DNA of 54,091 bases from Octopus sinensis (taxonomy: Eukaryota), in assembly GCF_006345805.1 (NCBI RefSeq), contig NW_021835240.1, positions 1 through 54,091 on the forward strand. The letters run 5' to 3'. Both the position numbers and the translations under genes were made by a program. Numbering within the stretch: position 1 is the first letter of the stretch; the number at the start of each line of letters is the position of its first letter. Below, in pieces: positions 10,289-22,157 of this stretch. The notes under the pieces were generated by a model. It did not search any database, was not told the DNA's origin, and was given only the letters and a program-made list of their open reading frames with translations.

Positions 10289-12575
10289 TCAGTCTTGATC
10301 CTCAAAGGAATCCCTCATTGGATCTCGACAGAGGACCTTAACCTCCACCTGAGAGAAAGTCTAGAATCGGACTTCAAGTCCGAAAGATTTTCTCGCAGTG
10401 GAACCGACATGCCTGTCGGCAGACTCACGCTGGATTCCAGAGCCGAGGTCAACACCCTCATCCGCTTTGGAATAACTGCGGACTTCAGCCATATCCGCTG
10501 CGAATGGCACAAGCCCCCAAACTCCGTTGTCTCCTCTGCGGTAAAGAACACAGGCACCAAAACTGCCCGAGTTCGAAGCCGATACCGAGCGTCCCAGCTG
10601 CAAAAACTTGCATTAACTGCAAGAACACTGGGCACTTGGCGTTCTACGGTGGATGTCCGCCTGCCAAAGCAGCAACAGCAGCCTCAAGGGTTGCGAAGAA
10701 CCCACAAGCCAAAAGCCCAGTCCGCTGGGTAAAAGCCAATCCCACAGAATCAGTCTGGACAAAAGGGTCTTCCTCAAGTCCGTCCAAAGTCGATGTCTAT
10801 ATTCAGACGTCGCCGGTCTCCAGCACACTCACAAGCTCGAGGTCGAACACTAATGAGTTCCAAAACACACAAGTGGTCCGCTCGGCTGGCCCCATATGAA
10901 GGCAGGAATCCACCGTGACAAAGCTTTGCCACAACGAGGTCCCCACTCGGATCAGGACCTACACAACAGAGATGCCCTACTGGAATTCTTTCGCCGTTGT
11001 GTAGGAGCCCTGACCAAACTTGGAGTGGACATGAATATGTTGCAAGAGCTCCTGCTAGAAGGGAGCAATTCAGCAACATAGCCACTATCAATATAATCGC
11101 TGTGAATGCCCGATCTATCAAGAGACGGCATCACGACTTCGTTGAGATGGTGAACAGCGGCCATCCAGACATTATTGTTGCCAACCAGTCGATGCTCAAG
11201 GATGATGACTCTTACCAGCTCTCAGGCTACCGGTCAGCTCTACGCCTGGGACTGGCTCAAGCATCTTCTATTGCGAAAAACTCCAAGTCCGTAACCTTAC
11301 TATCATCGAGGGGACACTATGTGAATTCCTCTCCCTTGAGGTGAAAACCGAATCTTTCTGGCTAAAGGTCGGTGAAATATACTGCAAATATCTTCCTCCC
11401 TGCACCAGTCTGATTAACGATTTCTTCTCAAATACCGCTCACTGCCTTCTTATCGAAGACTTAAACTCGAAGCACACGGCGTTTGGATGTCGATTAACCA
11501 ACCAGGATGGTCGAACACTGAAGAAGATCACTGACAAACTTGGTGTTTTCGTAAGAACATCTGAAGACCCGAACCACCAATCGCCCTTCGGCGAAGACAA
11601 CCTATCCCTGTGCATTTGTTCTCACTTGATCGCTAACATTATGGAAAAGCCTACAGTGCTTGACGATATCGGCAGCGATCACCTTCCAATGGAGATCAAA
11701 ATTCACACTAGCACTGTTAAACAAGAACGCATATCCACACGCTACAGTCTCTCAAGGATCAACTGGCCACACTACAGAAGCTCCATGAGTGCTTTCCTAC
11801 ATGTGAACACTCGCCCTACTGACTATAACACTGCCAGCGACATCGACTATGCAAGCGATGAGTTAACCAATTTCATGCTCCATTATTTAACATCGTACGG
11901 AACAGTGCCATGTACTGAACGGCCACGAAGATCCACTCCAAGAACGAAAGTGAAACTTCTCCTCAACGAGAGAAAGCGGCTGAGAAACAAACTCAAACGC
12001 TGTTTTGACCCCACTGACAGGGGTAGACTTAAAAACATGATCTCGAAAATTGGCTATGAAGTCCAAGTCGTGACAAAGCTGGAAACAGCCAGAAAATGGC
12101 AGAAGGCTTGTCAAAACTTAGACTACAGAAACCCAAATTTCTGGGACTGTTTCCGCAAAGTGGCTAACCTTGAAGGAAAATCCTGACCCCCGAGGCTGTG
12201 CAACGTATCTGGTATGTCCGCTTCGCCACAAGAAATCCCGAACATTTTCGCAGAACACTTGGCTATTATCCAGGAAACCAATCCGATAACGCCGCAAGGC
12301 ACGGAATCGGAGCCACCGCCGCGCGCTCTGTCGTCGGAACATCACCCGATCACCACTGCAGAGGCAACGCACCAGGTTCATCAAAAGGCAACGCACCAGG
12401 CCACGACAAAATACCGATGCAGCTCATTGAGAAATCTATCAGGTCTTTCCATAGAAGATCTCAAGTGACCGACCTTTTTATCGATCAGGACTAGTGACCG
12501 CCCAGCTTTTCCCGGACAGCTATAAACGTTTCTCAGAAGAGTTCGAGTGCCTCGAGCAACCATCTTTTTGTATAG
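10289..12575 (+). mobile_element. LINE-B copy 1 (Jockey-like; partial ORF1, APE domain; 5'- and 3'-truncated, frameshifted)
   Basis: CLLCGKEHRHQNC and CINCKNTGHLAFYGGC knuckles; INIIAVNARS, DLNSKH and IGSDHLP APE motifs; KAPGHDKIP RT start. Confidence 0.9.
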
Positions 12576-12719
12576 ACGTCAAAAATATTTCTGTACCAGT
12601 CTCTTGTTCTTTACAATAAAAAATTCTGTTCTGTTATTTGTCATTTTATAATATTTATCTTGACAAAATAGATTTTGAAATAGAATTCAAATATTTTTTG
12701 AATTTTTTTCCAAGTCCAA

Positions 12720-12762
12720 AAGTATAACCACCTAGGCTCGGTAACACCCTAGGCTTGTGACA
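12720..12762 (-). mobile_element. Terminus of Ginger-like family G3
   Basis: TGTCACAAGCCTAGGGTGTTACCGAGCCTAGG on minus; shares TGTCACA and GTTACCGAGC with the G1 TIR. Mirrored near 29545-29587. Confidence 0.6.
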
Positions 12763-13199
12763 TAATAATTTATAAAAATAATATAACAATAATTAAATTC
12801 GTGTTCAGTTTAAAAAAAGTCTAGAAATAGAAAAAATATAACAATAATGATTAAAATTTGGTAGAAATTGATCATTTTAGATTTTAGGGCGCTAAAATAG
12901 CAGATCGCCAAATCTGTGAACAAATAAATAAAAGTTTGGCATAAGAATATAAAGAAAAGAACTTTCTATCAAAAATAAGGTGAAATTCAATGAATAAAGA
13001 TAAATTAGAAGATTTCAAATAAGCGATATAAACATATTGAAAGAATAAACTCGCAAATATTACAAAATGATGAAATTTCAGATAATTTAACCATTAAAGG
13101 AAACTACATCGCGAAATATCCCTTCTGAATCCAATTAAATAAAAAAATTAAGATCGACCAAATAATGTAACAGGACAACAAGGTTTGTCAAAAGAGTGC

Positions 13200-14790
13200 T
13201 CACACGTGCCACAATTTATTAGGTTTTCTATTGATAATTGGGTAACTAAAAATTAAGATAATTTTAATTAAAACACAATTCTACCTAGTAGCTTATCAAC
13301 AGTGTAAATACCAGAGGGGATATCTCAATGATGGTCCAGATATCTGAAATAAAGACTGCGATAATAATATTTATTTCTGTTTCATAGAGAATCGACAATT
13401 AATTTGCAAGGAGATTGTATTTCTGAAATATCCACGTGCCAAATTTGTTTAACAAAAAATCTATACAAATCAATTTATGATAGGCGTTTCTAGAAAGGCG
13501 ATTCTAGGAAATAAAGAGTAAATTTTTTTAAATCTGAATATGCAAAACAATCATCATTTTTTGGATGTGGCGCCACATCTTTGTTTATAAGAGGTTTATA
13601 GTATCATTGTGTTATTCACCAGGAAAATTAAATTACAAAAAAATAAAAATGGAAAATGTTCCAAAATCGTTGTATTCATCGTCAATTGGATAAGGACAAA
13701 CGCCCTCAATCATCAAAACTTCAAATCTTTTATAAATGATATTGATGCCGATTGTGGAGATGTTATTCTTTATACTGCAGTTAGATTGTTGAGTCGTTCT
13801 GTATGTTTAAAAAGCTATATGATAATTATAAATTATTTGTAGGTTTTATAAATTGCTTTCAGAACTTAAAGAGTTTATTCCTCGTAACATCAATATCTTC
13901 AACTGAATAATGAAAATAGGTTGCCGACTTGGAATTTTTTGTTGATTTTTCATTACGTATTTTGGATTTGAACATTGGTTTACAAAGAAAAGACAAGCTT
14001 TGCTATCAATTATAGGATTTATATCCTCTTTATTCAAAAAACTATATTTGTGAAAGATTCAACTTTCAAATAGACATTCTTTGCTTTTTCCTATGCTCTC
14101 GGAAAATAAGGAAAGCGCATCGTATAAAAAATATATATCAATAATTGGCGACTTAATTTATCAATTTGAGTGCCGCTTTGGGGCTAAATTACAAATATAA
14201 TAAAATATAGAATTTTAGAGAAGACTTATCCACAATGAAAATATTTGAGACATCTTTTGATGTCAAAATTGGAAAATGTCCTGTACGATTCCAAATGGAA
14301 TTAAGTGATTTGACAACTAATTTAGAATTAAGTGCCTTATTTTATAATACTTTTCTTAGAATTTTACCAATGTCTACATAAAGAAAAATTTAGGAATCTT
14401 GTGAATAATCCATATATGAATGCTTCAATTTTCGGATCAACGTAAGCATATAAATCCATTTTCAGCAAAATAGCTAGAATTAAGAACAGATACCGCAATA
14501 GACTAACGGATGTTCATCTAAGTCAGTTGCTGCGGATTTTAACATCTAATTTTGTACCAGATTTTGAAAATATGATTAAGTAGTTTATAAATTCTTCCAT
14601 TTTTTAATTTCATTACGCTATATAAAAAATTTGCGACGATAGCACTCAACTCTAAAGTGCATGTACCCAGTAAAATAAAAATCATATGTATTTTGTTCCG
14701 TTCAAACTGAAATAAAAAATATATTATCTTCATTAAGTTAACAAAAAAATTTGCGGCCCTTATAAATAGAAAATTTGATTTGTGAATTCA
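13200..14790 (+). mobile_element. Heavily degraded hAT (Charlie/SPIN, GTF2IRD2-like) transposase
   Basis: IVNWIRTNALNHQNFKSF...DVILYTAVRLLSR matches the VN.IR...LNHRQF / EVRWLSR block; the 3' part resembles 51391-52169. Mirrored at about 27520-29110. Confidence 0.75.
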
Positions 14791-14919
14791 GGTCTGTATG
14801 TTAATTGCCAATTTCTCCGAACAACGAAAAGGTCTGATTTCTGCATTTTTATATCAAAAATAAAAAGCTCTGTATTTGAAATTTGTCGGAAAACTGGAAA
14901 TGATTGAAGAAAAACATTT

Positions 14920-15230
14920 ATTTAAAAAGAAGCTGTTAGTAGAGGTTAGATAAGGACCTTCAGCATTCCTGTCTTTTCAGTCCCCCACACACGCTCACCT
15001 CTCAGCCTCAAACTAAGACTTATTAAAAGCGGAGAAGGGAATACATTAAGCCAGGAGCCTGAGTATGGCTGACAGGCGGAACGGAAACAAGCCAGTCTGT
15101 GTTGGTCGATGAGTGGTTCCAAGTCAGTTGAAAATCGACGACAAAGAATTTTGTCTCAATCCCGCTAAAAAAAGACACCGGAAGGGACTTCAGAGAAATT
15201 GTGTTTCCAAAGTGCAAGCCTATTTTAAAT
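14920..15230 (-). mobile_element. 5'-truncated LINE 3' end whose 3' UTR is homologous to that of LINE-A
   Basis: 14928-15022 aligns by eye with 17331-17431 (GCTGTTAGT..GAGGT..ATAAGG..ACCTTC.GCATTCCTG.CTTTTC.GTCC..CACACACGCTC.CCTCTC). Mirror at about 27080-27390. Confidence 0.7.
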
Positions 15231-15299
15231 TATTTAATTAAAAATCTAGATTTTCAGTGATCTCTTCTTCGCTTGGAAGAAAAATTTTCTATAAACTTT

Positions 15300-17296
15300 C
15301 TTTCATTTTATATTTCTGCGTCAATAATTTTATTCAGCTGAGTGTCCTCACGAGATGTCACCTCCGTAAGTTGATTGGCGGCAGAGGCGTACTCCTCGTT
15401 GTCTACCTTCATCACATGTCTGTGCCCGATAAGCATACTCTCTAGCGTCCTTTTCATCACAACTGTGATGTATGTCCTCGTTCCTTCTTCAATGGATAAC
15501 TTGTTCATATGACTTTTAAAGAACTTTGAGACAACTCCATCCCATGTCAAGACAATTCGAATAATCTTCACTTTTGCTTCATAGAAAACCGACAGTTCGT
15601 TTGCAAGTAGGTCGTATTCGTTACTTCTACTCACTCACTGTAAACCACCACCGAATCTATTAATAGTTGGCATATTTTTATTCTGTGTCAAAAACTAAAT
15701 TGAGTAAAAAGTAAGTATACATTACTTTAAAGGACGGGATTTTGTTCTACGATACCCTGAAACAAATAAATATTGTATCATTACTTGTGATTGAGGATGA
15801 TTTCGTCTTTCATAAATATGTTTGATTTTGTTTTTAAGGCAGAAAGAATCAAAATAATTATTCTTAAACTCCGTTCCATTATCTGTTTGTAGAATCTCAC
15901 AAAGACCGATTTCAAAACAAATTTTCTCAAAGGTTTCACAAATATCTAAATACCAATGTCAGATTTAAATACCTATTGCAGATTTATTTTTAACTCTTCT
16001 TTACAGATGACATACTTACTGTAAACATCAATGACTTTAAATATCCATTTGTAGCTATCATTTGAATCGTTAAATTTTTTAACGTCTATAAGATCTACTT
16101 GGAATCGTTCATTTGGTCTTTTGGCAAACACATGAAATTTAAAAATCAGAAACCTGCCTTCTTATTAAATATCGTGATTTGAAAGACACGGTGAACTCCG
16201 AACCTCTTCTCTCCAAACTCGAGATTAAGGACATCCTCATCCAAACATAGAGTAGACACACCCTCTTTAGAGATTCGACTGCGATTTTGAAGCAAGCCTA
16301 TCATGTCCCCATCATTAAAATCCACTGCAGAGAAAAACAGGCTACACTCTCCTCCGATTCTCTTCACTTCACTTGTATGCTTTTTTATTTTTCCAATAGA
16401 CTGAAGTAGTAATCTTTCCGAGCTTTGTCCATATACATAAACACACACATTGTGTCCCCATACGGCTGCTCTGAGTAGAGATTGGTCCACAGAATATTCT
16501 CCGCACACCACAATGTCAAAGTTGTAATTATTTGGACGTATATTCTTCCTTCTATTCAACTTTGTAGAAACCTATCTATCGGTCAGGGTACGAGACAAGT
16601 GCTCTAAACCATTTGAAACAACATCTGGAACACCTCAAGGGGATCCGTTATCTCCTATACTGTTTGTCATATATCTGGAAGCTGCATTGAGAAAACTAAA
16701 ATCATACTATGAAGGAAAGATCAATGTGATGGCATACGCGGATGACGTGGATTTTATTTCTTCCGACAGGGACGCTCTGGAAAGCCTACTGGAGGTGATG
16801 GCAAATAGACTTGCTGAGTGGTTCCTCAATGTAAATGTGGAGAAAACAGAATTTACTGAACTAGCAAGACAGAAGTCTAAGCTGGACGAACATTGGAGAA
16901 AAGTAAAGAAACTCAGCTGGCAATTGAAGCTGAAATTGAACGGATTGCTCGATCGACTGGTACATTCAATGCAATGGAAAACGATTGTTGTCCCGCTCTT
17001 CTAATGTCTGTAGTTTGTTCACCTCCTAACCCAGCCAGAATATCTTCTGATAGGTCATTGGATCGGATATTGGAAGGTAGTGCTCGATTAAGAGTTGCAG
17101 AGGAGGTTGGTTGTGATTTACATGTAGAAGGTCGTGTGTTTCTCTCATGATGCATTGAAGGAGAAATATTCTGTCACAGGCGCTGGGCATTACCGAGCGC
17201 TACGGGTTACCCGAGTGGACTTAGAAAAAAATCAAGAAAAAATACTTGAAATTTTATGTTTCAAATTAATATACTTAATTTTATCAAACACGTAAA
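15300..17296 (-). repeat. Second copy of the composite block (RLE fragment, integrase, kinesin-like, RTE fragment, G1 end)
   Basis: Reverse complement of about 3794-5790; G1 terminus TGTCACA at 17172. Confidence 0.9.
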
Positions 17297-17428
17297 GGAA
17301 GGAAAATTTTTATTTTAAATAATTAGTTAGAGAGGCTGTTAGTGAGGTAACATAAGGAGACCTTCGGCATTCCTGCCTTTTCGGTCCAGCACACACGCTC
17401 GCCTCTCTACACAACCACAGGTTAGGAC

Positions 17429-20040
17429 TTACCGTCTTACCTGCCACCCAGTCATTATCTTCTCTAGGACCTCAGGGAGGCCTTTGAGGGACAATTCCTG
17501 GGCGTTGGAGAGCTCATCACGCCATCCTAAGCCATAGGCTAGCCGGATGGCTCGTCTTGTTACTTTCTTAAGCGCGTCAACGTACTTCTCCCTGTCCTCG
17601 CAGAAGTGCCAAGCGTGCACGCCATAGGTTAACACGGGTAACACCATGGCGTTGAACACACGGAACCAGGCACCTCTCTCTCAAGTGGAAAGCACGCAAC
17701 GCGCCTAATCGCTGCATTGCACGCATTTTAGTACGTGCAATGTGATCATCGAACTTACCTGACTGCTTGAAGACCACGCCCAAGTAAGTTGTCCGATCAA
17801 CTACAGCGATCGCTGACCCGTCCAGCGATAACCTAGGGATAAAATTAGTGTAACCCCTCGTCCTTTTACAGACTTTAAGGACACTGCACTTGTCCGCACA
17901 CATCTTTAGACCCCTACTCCCACACCAGTTTACAAGTTCATCCACAGCAACCTGTAGCCTACGACACGCACACTCTGGTTTCATCGACTGATCCCAGAGG
18001 ATAATGTCGTCTGCATAGATCACCATTCCAGTACGAGCATTGACTGGCATAGGTGCAGAGGCCATAAAGATATTAAACAGTGTGGGACTCAGCACAGAAC
18101 CCTGAGGGACCCCGCGAAGGACTGTTGCGACTTTAGAAAAGACCCCCTGGTGTCGCACGACCTGACCGCGAGATTCGAGGAACCCCGACAGCCAGCGCCT
18201 TAGACACGGAGAAACCCCACACGTGGCGAGGGAACTCCGCAGGCCGTCGTGCCACACCGAGTCGAAGGCCTTTTCTATGTCAAGACTAACTAACATACCA
18301 CACTCCCTTTTCTGGAGGGCGTTCTTCATTTCGGAAGACACCTTCCACAAGCAGTCTCCACATGAACGACCCTCCCTGAATCCCCATTGGAACTCCGGGA
18401 GGGCGTCAACCACCGTCAGCTCCTCCAGGAGCCTTCGGTGCATGATCCTTTCTAGGATTTTAGATATAGCGGGAAGCAAGGAAGGGCCTGTATCCCCCGG
18501 GGACATCATGAGGCTTCCCAGGTTTTCCAATGAGGATTACCTCAGCCACTTTCCACCTGGAAGGAATCATCCCAAGTCGCAAGCTCCCGCTAAACAAAAC
18601 CTGTAAGGCCGTGATCAACAACGGCGGGGCCTTTTTGAAGATGGACATAGGGATCCGATCTAGCCCCGCCGCGGTGTTCTTACTTCGGGAGATCGCTGCC
18701 AGGATCTCCCTTTCAGAAACTTCGCCTGCATCGACCCTTGATATGTCCAGCTGGCAGCGCTTGTTCCAAGACAATACCTCCTGGATAGTAACAAAAGACG
18801 ACGTCTCTACGAACTGACTTCCGTCAGTTCCCGAGATGTTGTTGAGGTGGGTTGAAAATATATCAGCCACCTCAACCGGGTCCGAGGCGAGGGTTCCATC
18901 AGAGCGCTTAAGGCGCACTGACTTTGCCTCCCCTCTCCCTCGACAGGCTCTTCAGTTTTTCCAGAAGTCCGGAAAGCGCGGGTCCACTCTTTGGCAGGCC
19001 CGCTCCCACCGTGAACTTTCGTGTTCACGAATTTCCCTCCGGATCTCCCTCTGAAGCCGGCTGATCCAGCCGCGAAACCAGACACGGTTCTCCTGGTAGA
19101 CGCATTTGTCCCGCAGTCTGGACAGCCGGCGCTTGAATCTAATTTTATTTAGCACCCGGTACGGGAGCGTGGAATGTGCCTGGCCCTGTACTGGGTTCTG
19201 TTTGAAATTATCTCGCATATAATCAGACAGGGCAGCATTGATTCCATTATCTAACGCCTCCAACTCTCGTATGTTGGCGCAGGTATTCCCCACCAGGAGT
19301 GAGGGCAACCTGCTGGCCATGAACCTCTCCAGGTTGGCCCAGGAACCGGACCGGAGGTCAAAGTATCCTGGGGCCCTTTGAGGAACTGGCTCACGGAGTT
19401 CGTGCAATAGAGGCAGATGGTCGCTCCCAATATCAGGCAATAAGATTGTGTTACTAACCCAATTTAGCATTCCGGGGCTGACCAGAGCAAGGCCTAGCCA
19501 GTCTTGTCCTCCCCGCGAATCGATGTGGTTTGGCTCGCTTGAAGATCTGATTTCCAACCCGAGGTCTTCAACCAGCGTCTTTAGAGCCAAACCATGCGCG
19601 TTGGTTACCCTGAAACCGAGCTCTTGGTGCTTGGCATTCAGGTCCCCAACGACCATCGCCTTCGGATGCTTTCCAAAGAACTCCCGTACGTGCCAAGAAC
19701 ACGCCGTAAAGTTCTTCGAATACATCGCCCCTAGGTAAAATGTTAAATTACCTATGCGAATCCTCACTTGGAGGAATTCACATAGGCTACAAGAACATAA
19801 ACCTGAGCTCCGGAGAGCAAGGTACGGCTTGTAGAAGAGGCTAGTTCCCGTGCCACATATTGACCCCTGTTTCCAGGGTATGTGACAACAGTTGTAGCCA
19901 TCAACTACGTACGGACCCCCCTTTACCTTCGTTTCGTTGACCACCAGAATGTCCGCACTCGTGGTGGCCAACATCCTCTGAACGGCGTCTCCTTTACCAG
20001 ACAAGGAGCGCGCGTTCACCGATATAATGTTGAGCATCAT
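17429..20040 (-). CDS. LINE-A ORF2 (APE endonuclease plus RT), broken by a few frameshifts
   Basis: NIISVNARS, VVNETK, GDLNAKH, GSDHLP, TAAGLDRIP, QWGFREG, LDIEKAFDSV, GVPQGSVLSP, YADD and YLGV; start overlaps the ORF1 stop as ATGA (20040-20037). Confidence 0.9.
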
Positions 20041-21443
20041 ATCGGTTCCTCACCAAGGATCTTCTTGGCCTCAGCCATGTTGCAATGTAGCATATCTGCT
20101 ACACTGCACTTCGTCGCCCTACATAATTTTAGTAGGCGCACACACAACTCCACCGCAGGACTAACACTGTCCTGGGGAGCACGCTCGCCAGGGGGGGAGT
20201 GCGGTGGCATTTCCACGTATGGAGGACGCCTTTTCCCCCCTAGGTTTTGCTGGGCGGTATCACCTGTAGCCCACTCGGAAGGCTTAGCACGCTTCGGCAT
20301 CCGAACTGACTCGGATGTTATTAGCGGCTCAGCCGACTTTGTCGGCGAAGGTGGTACCGACTCGCTCGCAATGTGGCTTGCAGGCTTCACAGGCCTTGCC
20401 ACCGAAGCAGTCTTGGGTGGTTTGGACTGCTTTGCCCGCTTGCCAGGTTGTGGCCCAGTAACTGCGACGCTAGCCGCGCGACTTACCTTCGAGATTACAG
20501 CCGCACCTACCTTTCGGGTTGCCTCCTTGAACTTGGGGCAACCTTTGAAGTTGGCAATGTGTCCCAACTTACCGCAGTTGACACAGTACCTCTTCGTAGG
20601 TGGCGAGGGGCATGCCTTGCGACCATGCTCGCCACCGCAGGTCAAGCACTTCGCCTTCTCAGGACACCTCGTGCTTATGTGCCCGAAACCCTGACACCGA
20701 AAGCATTGGGTGGCTTTCGGGCGGGGCCGGACAGCACGAAGCCTAACGTAGCCGACCCTCGTACCCAGCAGTATGAGGCGCTCGGCTTCCGCAGGAGATC
20801 CCAGCGTAACCTCCACCACTTCAAGAGGCCGATAACCTTGCTTGAAGCGTGCAATGGCAGAGGTACTGGGGTACTCCCGCTGCAGGTGCTCTAAAAGGTC
20901 GTTATCCTCAAAGTCCCGGGGGACCCCAAGGAGGAGGACTCTTACCTGCCCTACCTTGCGTTCGAACCTGACAAGCCGATGCATGCCAGGACCGAACGGG
21001 ATGGACTTTTCCAGCTCCCTTTCGAAACTGAAAAAGTCCTCAGACTTCTCCCACCCAAGCAGGAATTGGGTGGGCTCCCTCTTCAGGACTCGATACCGCT
21101 TAGACGGCTGTATCGAGTCCAAGATCCCTAAAATTTTAACGACTGAGGCCTTTCCACAGGTGGGAAAGACCTCTAGTCGTGCTACAACGCCGAAGGTAAT
21201 TCTACCCCCGGCGCGAGCGGTCTTCTTCGACGGCGGATCCATCTCCGAAGACGAATTGCGAGAACCTAAGTTGTTAGAAATTGGACGGCAAGCGACACGT
21301 TTAGGTTTCCCAACGGTATGCCAGCCGTCCTCATGGGCTACCTGAGCAGGTTCTACCACATCCCCTTCTGTTCGGGATGGCTTTGCACCCCTTTTTTCTG
21401 CTTTAAGATTGTCATTTTTGCGCATCACAGGAAAAACGACCAT
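20037..21443 (-). CDS. LINE-A ORF1 gag-like protein (468 aa, three CCHC knuckles)
   Basis: Open ORF with CFRCQGFGHISTRC, CLTCGGEHGRKAC and CVNCGKLGHIANFKGC. Confidence 0.92.
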   Translation of the reverse strand: MVVFPVMRKNDNLKAEKRGAKPSRTEGDVVEPAQVAHEDGWHTVGKPKRVACRPISNNLGSRNSSSEMDPPSKKTARAGGRITFGVVARLEVFPTCGKASVVKILGILDSIQPSKRYRVLKREPTQFLLGWEKSEDFFSFERELEKSIPFGPGMHRLVRFERKVGQVRVLLLGVPRDFEDNDLLEHLQREYPSTSAIARFKQGYRPLEVVEVTLGSPAEAERLILLGTRVGYVRLRAVRPRPKATQCFRCQGFGHISTRCPEKAKCLTCGGEHGRKACPSPPTKRYCVNCGKLGHIANFKGCPKFKEATRKVGAAVISKVSRAASVAVTGPQPGKRAKQSKPPKTASVARPVKPASHIASESVPPSPTKSAEPLITSESVRMPKRAKPSEWATGDTAQQNLGGKRRPPYVEMPPHSPPGERAPQDSVSPAVELCVRLLKLCRATKCSVADMLHCNMAEAKKILGEEPI

Positions 21444-21461
21444 GCTTGCACGCTACAATTT

Positions 21462-21616
21462 AAATATTTTTTCAAAAGGACTACCACCTGTTTGAGTCTA
21501 TACGGTAGTCACGCTTATGCCTGGCTTTGCCTAACTTGAACGTCTCAGCAAAACCAGACACAAATTAGTTAACTGCACACAAGCAGCAACCAGTTAAACG
21601 ACTACATCGTCTCAGT
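21462..21616 (-). other. rDNA ITS1 (~155 nt), not followed by 5.8S
   Basis: Directly downstream of the 18S 3' end; contains a GACTACC...GGTAGTC hairpin; no 5.8S consensus follows. Confidence 0.7.
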
Positions 21617-21740
21617 AGTGATCCTTCTGCAGGTTCACCTACAGAAACCTTGTTACGACTTTTACTTCCTTTAAATGAGTAGGCTCGGGTGTCTACTCGC
21701 ATGCTATAGCACACGATCCAACAACCTCACCAAATCATTC

Positions 21741-21784
<44 letters not shown>

Positions 21785-22157
21785 ATCATTGCAGGCTAAT
21801 GACCTGCGATTACTAGGAATTCCTTGTGCACGAGGAATAATTACAAGCCTCGATTCCTGCCACGAAGAAATTTTAAGGCTTAGTTCGCTTTTCCAAGCAA
21901 AACCCCCTCTGCTTTCTTCATTGTAGCACGCGTGCGGCCCCGAACGTCTAAGGGCAATCACAGACCTGTTATTGCTCATTTTCAAGTGTTTTTCACACTG
22001 ATCCTTTTTAGTAGTCGAACAACTAGAATCGAACGACTAGTAAGTCTGAGTCTCGTTCGTTATCGGAATAAACCAGACAAATCACTCCACCAACCAACAA
22101 CGGCCATGCACCACTATCCACAGTATCAAGAAAAAGCTATCAGTCTGTCAATCCTCA
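21617..22157 (-). rRNA. 18S: 18S rRNA, 3' ~540 nt only (divergent, short V7 and V9)
   Basis: AGGATTGACAG, GTGGTGCATGGCCG, GCAATAACAGGTCTGTGAT, TTTGTACACACCGCCCGTC and AAGTCGTAACAAGGTTTCTGTAGGTGAACCTGCAGAAGGATCA on minus. Confidence 0.97.

Larger units (their letters stand above)
10289..17234 (+). repeat. Left arm of a ~6.9-kb inverted repeat
   Basis: All ORFs mirror those in 25076-32017 with coordinate sums of 42306-42310. Confidence 0.95.
17297..21461 (-). mobile_element. LINE-A copy 2, near full-length Jockey-like non-LTR retrotransposon (~4.2 kb)
   Basis: ORF1, APE-RT ORF2, ~130-nt 3' UTR ending AATAAAAATTTTCCTTCC; no RNase H seen; no TSD recognised. Confidence 0.93.

Noticed and set aside
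19882-21345. Long + strand ORFs antisense to LINE-A (also 380-1842, 10315-11164, 31142-31991)
   Set aside because: They are shadow frames of GC-richer retroelement coding sequence with no recognisable motifs.
21440-21465. LINE-A 5' end as the start of 5.8S rRNA
   Set aside because: No GGATCACTCGGCTC / GATGAAGAACG 5.8S motifs are present, and the sequence continues into gag ORF1.
7810-22157. Functional link between the TFIIIA-like gene and the nearby rDNA fragment
   Set aside because: TFIIIA acts on 5S genes in trans, no 5S gene was seen, and proximity in rearranged DNA is probably coincidental.
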